Assembly: GCA_017412925.1 (NCBI GenBank)
Contig: JAFPVP010000095.1
Coordinates: forward strand, 9,981-73,980
DNA from: Selenomonadaceae bacterium
GTDB lineage: Bacteria; Bacillota; Negativicutes; Selenomonadales; Selenomonadaceae
Direction of reading: 5' to 3'
DNA length: 64,000 nt
Made by a program: the position numbers and the translations under genes. Below, in pieces: positions 62,233-64,000 of this stretch. Numbering within the stretch: the first letter of the stretch is position 1; the number at the start of each line of letters is the position of its first letter. The notes beneath the pieces were generated by a model, which saw nothing but the letters and a program-made list of their open reading frames with translations, made no database searches and was not told the DNA's origin.

Positions 62233-63485
62233 CAATTTTGCTCTGCGCCGCGTTGTTTTTCTTAATGGCAGTCGGCTTTAAAATCGTCTTCCCTGGCAAC
62301 GTCGCGGCGGAGGGATTTTTATTCGTGACGGAGGCGGCACTCGTCGGCGGCATTGCTGACTGGTTCGCGGTAACTGCGCTCTTTAAAAAGCCGCTGGGAT
62401 TTTCCTTCCACACGGCGATACTCCCGCGCAGAAGAAAAGATTTCGTCAAGGCGTCGGTCGTCATGGTTCAGCAAGAATTTTTTTCTCGGCGCACGATTTT
62501 TAAAAAACTCGGCGACTTCAAACTCATGCCGCGCATCGTCGACTACTTTGCCCGCGAAGAAACGCGCAAGATGGTCGTCGAAGAACTCTTCGGCATGGTG
62601 AAAAAGTTCGTCGCCGCGCAGAACAAAGAGACGCGCTCCAAGGCGATTGCCAACGAGTTGCGCCGAATTTTACGCGACATTCCCGCGCAAGGTTTGATTA
62701 ACGATTTCGGCGCGCACTTCAAACGCAACGACAAAGACCGCGAACTTTTTATCAGCATCGTCAAAGCGATGAGACGCACCGCCGCTAAGCCCGAAACTTG
62801 CGACAAACTCCAAGAAATTTTGGAGGAATACGCCAACGAGAAAACTAAAAACATGGGCGGCTTTTCAATTTTAATGGCGGGGCTGGCGCAAATGTTGGAC
62901 TTGGTGAACTTCGAGGAAGCCGCGCGAATCATGCAGGTTCAGCTGCTGAAACTTCTTGACGAACTCGCCGCCGATACGCAACTGCACCGCCGCACGCTCA
63001 ACGAATGCCGCTTGAAAATTTCGGAGCTGAGTGACACGCCAGAATTTAAAGATTTAGTCGAACGAATTCAAATGGACGCCGCGACTGCCCTGCCGCTGGA
63101 GGAGGCGATTGAACTCGCGCTGTTTCATTTGGAAAATCAAATTAAATCGCCCGACGCTCGCAACCTCGGCGGCTTGATAAAAAAACTTTTCGACGACGAA
63201 TACGGCAGATTTTTACGGCTCCTGCGCGAAGACACCGCCGCCAAAGTCGCCTTTGAAAAATTTATCGACGAGCTGACAGCGCGGGCAGCCCTCCATGCTC
63301 AACCGCTGGTCGGCGTCGTCGCAAAGTCGGCGCTCGACAAATTGACGGAAGAACAGCTCAACAATCTGGTTTACGACAAGGCGGAGCAAGATTTTATCTG
63401 GATAAGATTAAACGGCTCAATCGTCGGGTCTGTCGTCGGGCTTGCGATTTTTATTTTAATCAAGGCGGCGGGGCTCAGCGTATGA
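62208..63485 (+). CDS. DUF445-family membrane protein, paralog
   Basis: 425 aa. GGIADWFAVTALFKKPLG and ...IRLNGSIVGSVVGLAIFILIK. Same architecture as 57654-59048. Confidence 0.75.
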   Translation: MNRWNTADTILLCAALFFLMAVGFKIVFPGNVAAEGFLFVTEAALVGGIADWFAVTALFKKPLGFSFHTAILPRRRKDFVKASVVMVQQEFFSRRTIFKKLGDFKLMPRIVDYFAREETRKMVVEELFGMVKKFVAAQNKETRSKAIANELRRILRDIPAQGLINDFGAHFKRNDKDRELFISIVKAMRRTAAKPETCDKLQEILEEYANEKTKNMGGFSILMAGLAQMLDLVNFEEAARIMQVQLLKLLDELAADTQLHRRTLNECRLKISELSDTPEFKDLVERIQMDAATALPLEEAIELALFHLENQIKSPDARNLGGLIKKLFDDEYGRFLRLLREDTAAKVAFEKFIDELTARAALHAQPLVGVVAKSALDKLTEEQLNNLVYDKAEQDFIWIRLNGSIVGSVVGLAIFILIKAAGLSV

Positions 63486-64000
63486 AGATAGCGTTTTTCG
63501 ATTCGGGAATGGGCGGGCTTAGCGTCCTGCACCACGCGCGAAAAATTTTGCCGCAGGAGGAGTTCATCTTTTTTGCTGACGAGGACAACGTCCCCTACGG
63601 CACGAAATCGCCCGAAGAAGTTTTGCGTTTTGTCGACGCGGCGTTCAAATTTTTAATCGCGCAAAAAGTTTCGGCAATCGTCGTGGCGTGCAACACGGCA
63701 ACATCGGTGGCAGTCAAAGCCATGCGCGAAAAATATTCCTTGCCGATAATCGGAATGGAGCCAGCGTTAAAAGTCGCGTTGGACACGTTCCCGAACAGAA
63801 AAGTTTTGGTGGCGGCGACAGCGATAACAATCACGGGCAAAAAAATTCGGCGGCTGATTGAACGACTGCACGCAGAAAATTTCGCGGAGCTTAGGGCGTT
63901 GCCGCAGCTGGTCGAATTTGCGGAGCGGCAAGAATTCAAATCGGCGGCAGTGGAAAAATATCTGCGCGGGGAGCTTGCAGATTACGATTTTGAAAAATTT
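63482..64000 (+). CDS. murI: glutamate racemase (partial, runs off window end)
   Basis: MKIAFFDSGMGGLSVL...FFADEDNVPYGTKS...IVVACNTATS...IIGMEPA. ATGA overlap with the upstream stop. Absent from the ORF track because no stop lies in the window. Confidence 0.9.
   Translation, partial: MKIAFFDSGMGGLSVLHHARKILPQEEFIFFADEDNVPYGTKSPEEVLRFVDAAFKFLIAQKVSAIVVACNTATSVAVKAMREKYSLPIIGMEPALKVALDTFPNRKVLVAATAITITGKKIRRLIERLHAENFAELRALPQLVEFAERQEFKSAAVEKYLRGELADYDFEKF

Noticed and set aside
1-64000. Very frequent AAAAATTTT-type A-run/T-run junctions throughout the window, as a possible dispersed repeat
   Set aside because: They occur inside coding regions of unrelated genes on both strands and in intergenic regions alike. 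This looks like a genome-wide oligonucleotide bias rather than a discrete element, and whole-genome k-mer statistics would be needed to say more.

Overview
This 64-kb chromosomal window most likely comes from a diderm Firmicute (Negativicutes/Selenomonadales-like). That assignment is an inference: the window combines a Firmicute-style flagellar operon with a BamA/TamB/TolC/long-MlaD outer-membrane cluster. No homology search was possible, so all calls rest on reading the translated ORFs, motifs and DNA by eye.

Layout, left to right:
(1) 1-1945: a YopX-like gene and an AAA ATPase.
(2) 2013-13215, + strand: flagellar export/switch operon flbD-fliL-fliM-fliY-[3-gene AT-rich insert]-cheY-fliO/Z-fliP-fliQ-fliR-flhB-[1-gene insert]-flhA.
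(3) 13338-30140, minus strand: an accessory island of six paralogous RTX-type calcium-binding repeat proteins (about 4,900 codons in total) plus two tandem Uma2-family endonuclease genes. The six proteins share a C-terminal tail, and five also share the 3'UTR and terminator. Three promoters have homopolymer tracts inside the -35/-10 spacer, one gene carries an EPN/WND C-type lectin head, and a phased 20-bp tandem repeat array lies upstream of the distal promoter.
(4) 30664-42714: housekeeping genes (GH32 sucrose-6-P hydrolase, pfkA, Na:alanine symporter, nitroreductase/SDR/AKR with a divergent LysR) and a 1,458-aa protein with GT2, TPR and two GT41 domains.
(5) 42768-55736, minus strand: outer-membrane biogenesis cluster mlaE-mlaF-[fic]-[SPFH-like]-mlaD(long)-MFP-tolC-tamB-bamA.
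(6) 55966-64000, + strand: exonuclease-pheA, a duplicated DUF445/Tat-FAD-oxidoreductase module, and the 5' part of murI.

The best candidate for something new is the RTX island read as a repeat-controlled (phase-variable, recombining) surface or secreted protein locus with no cognate type I secretion ABC transporter in view. The next best are the gene cassettes embedded inside the flagellar operon, one of which carries a G9 tract.
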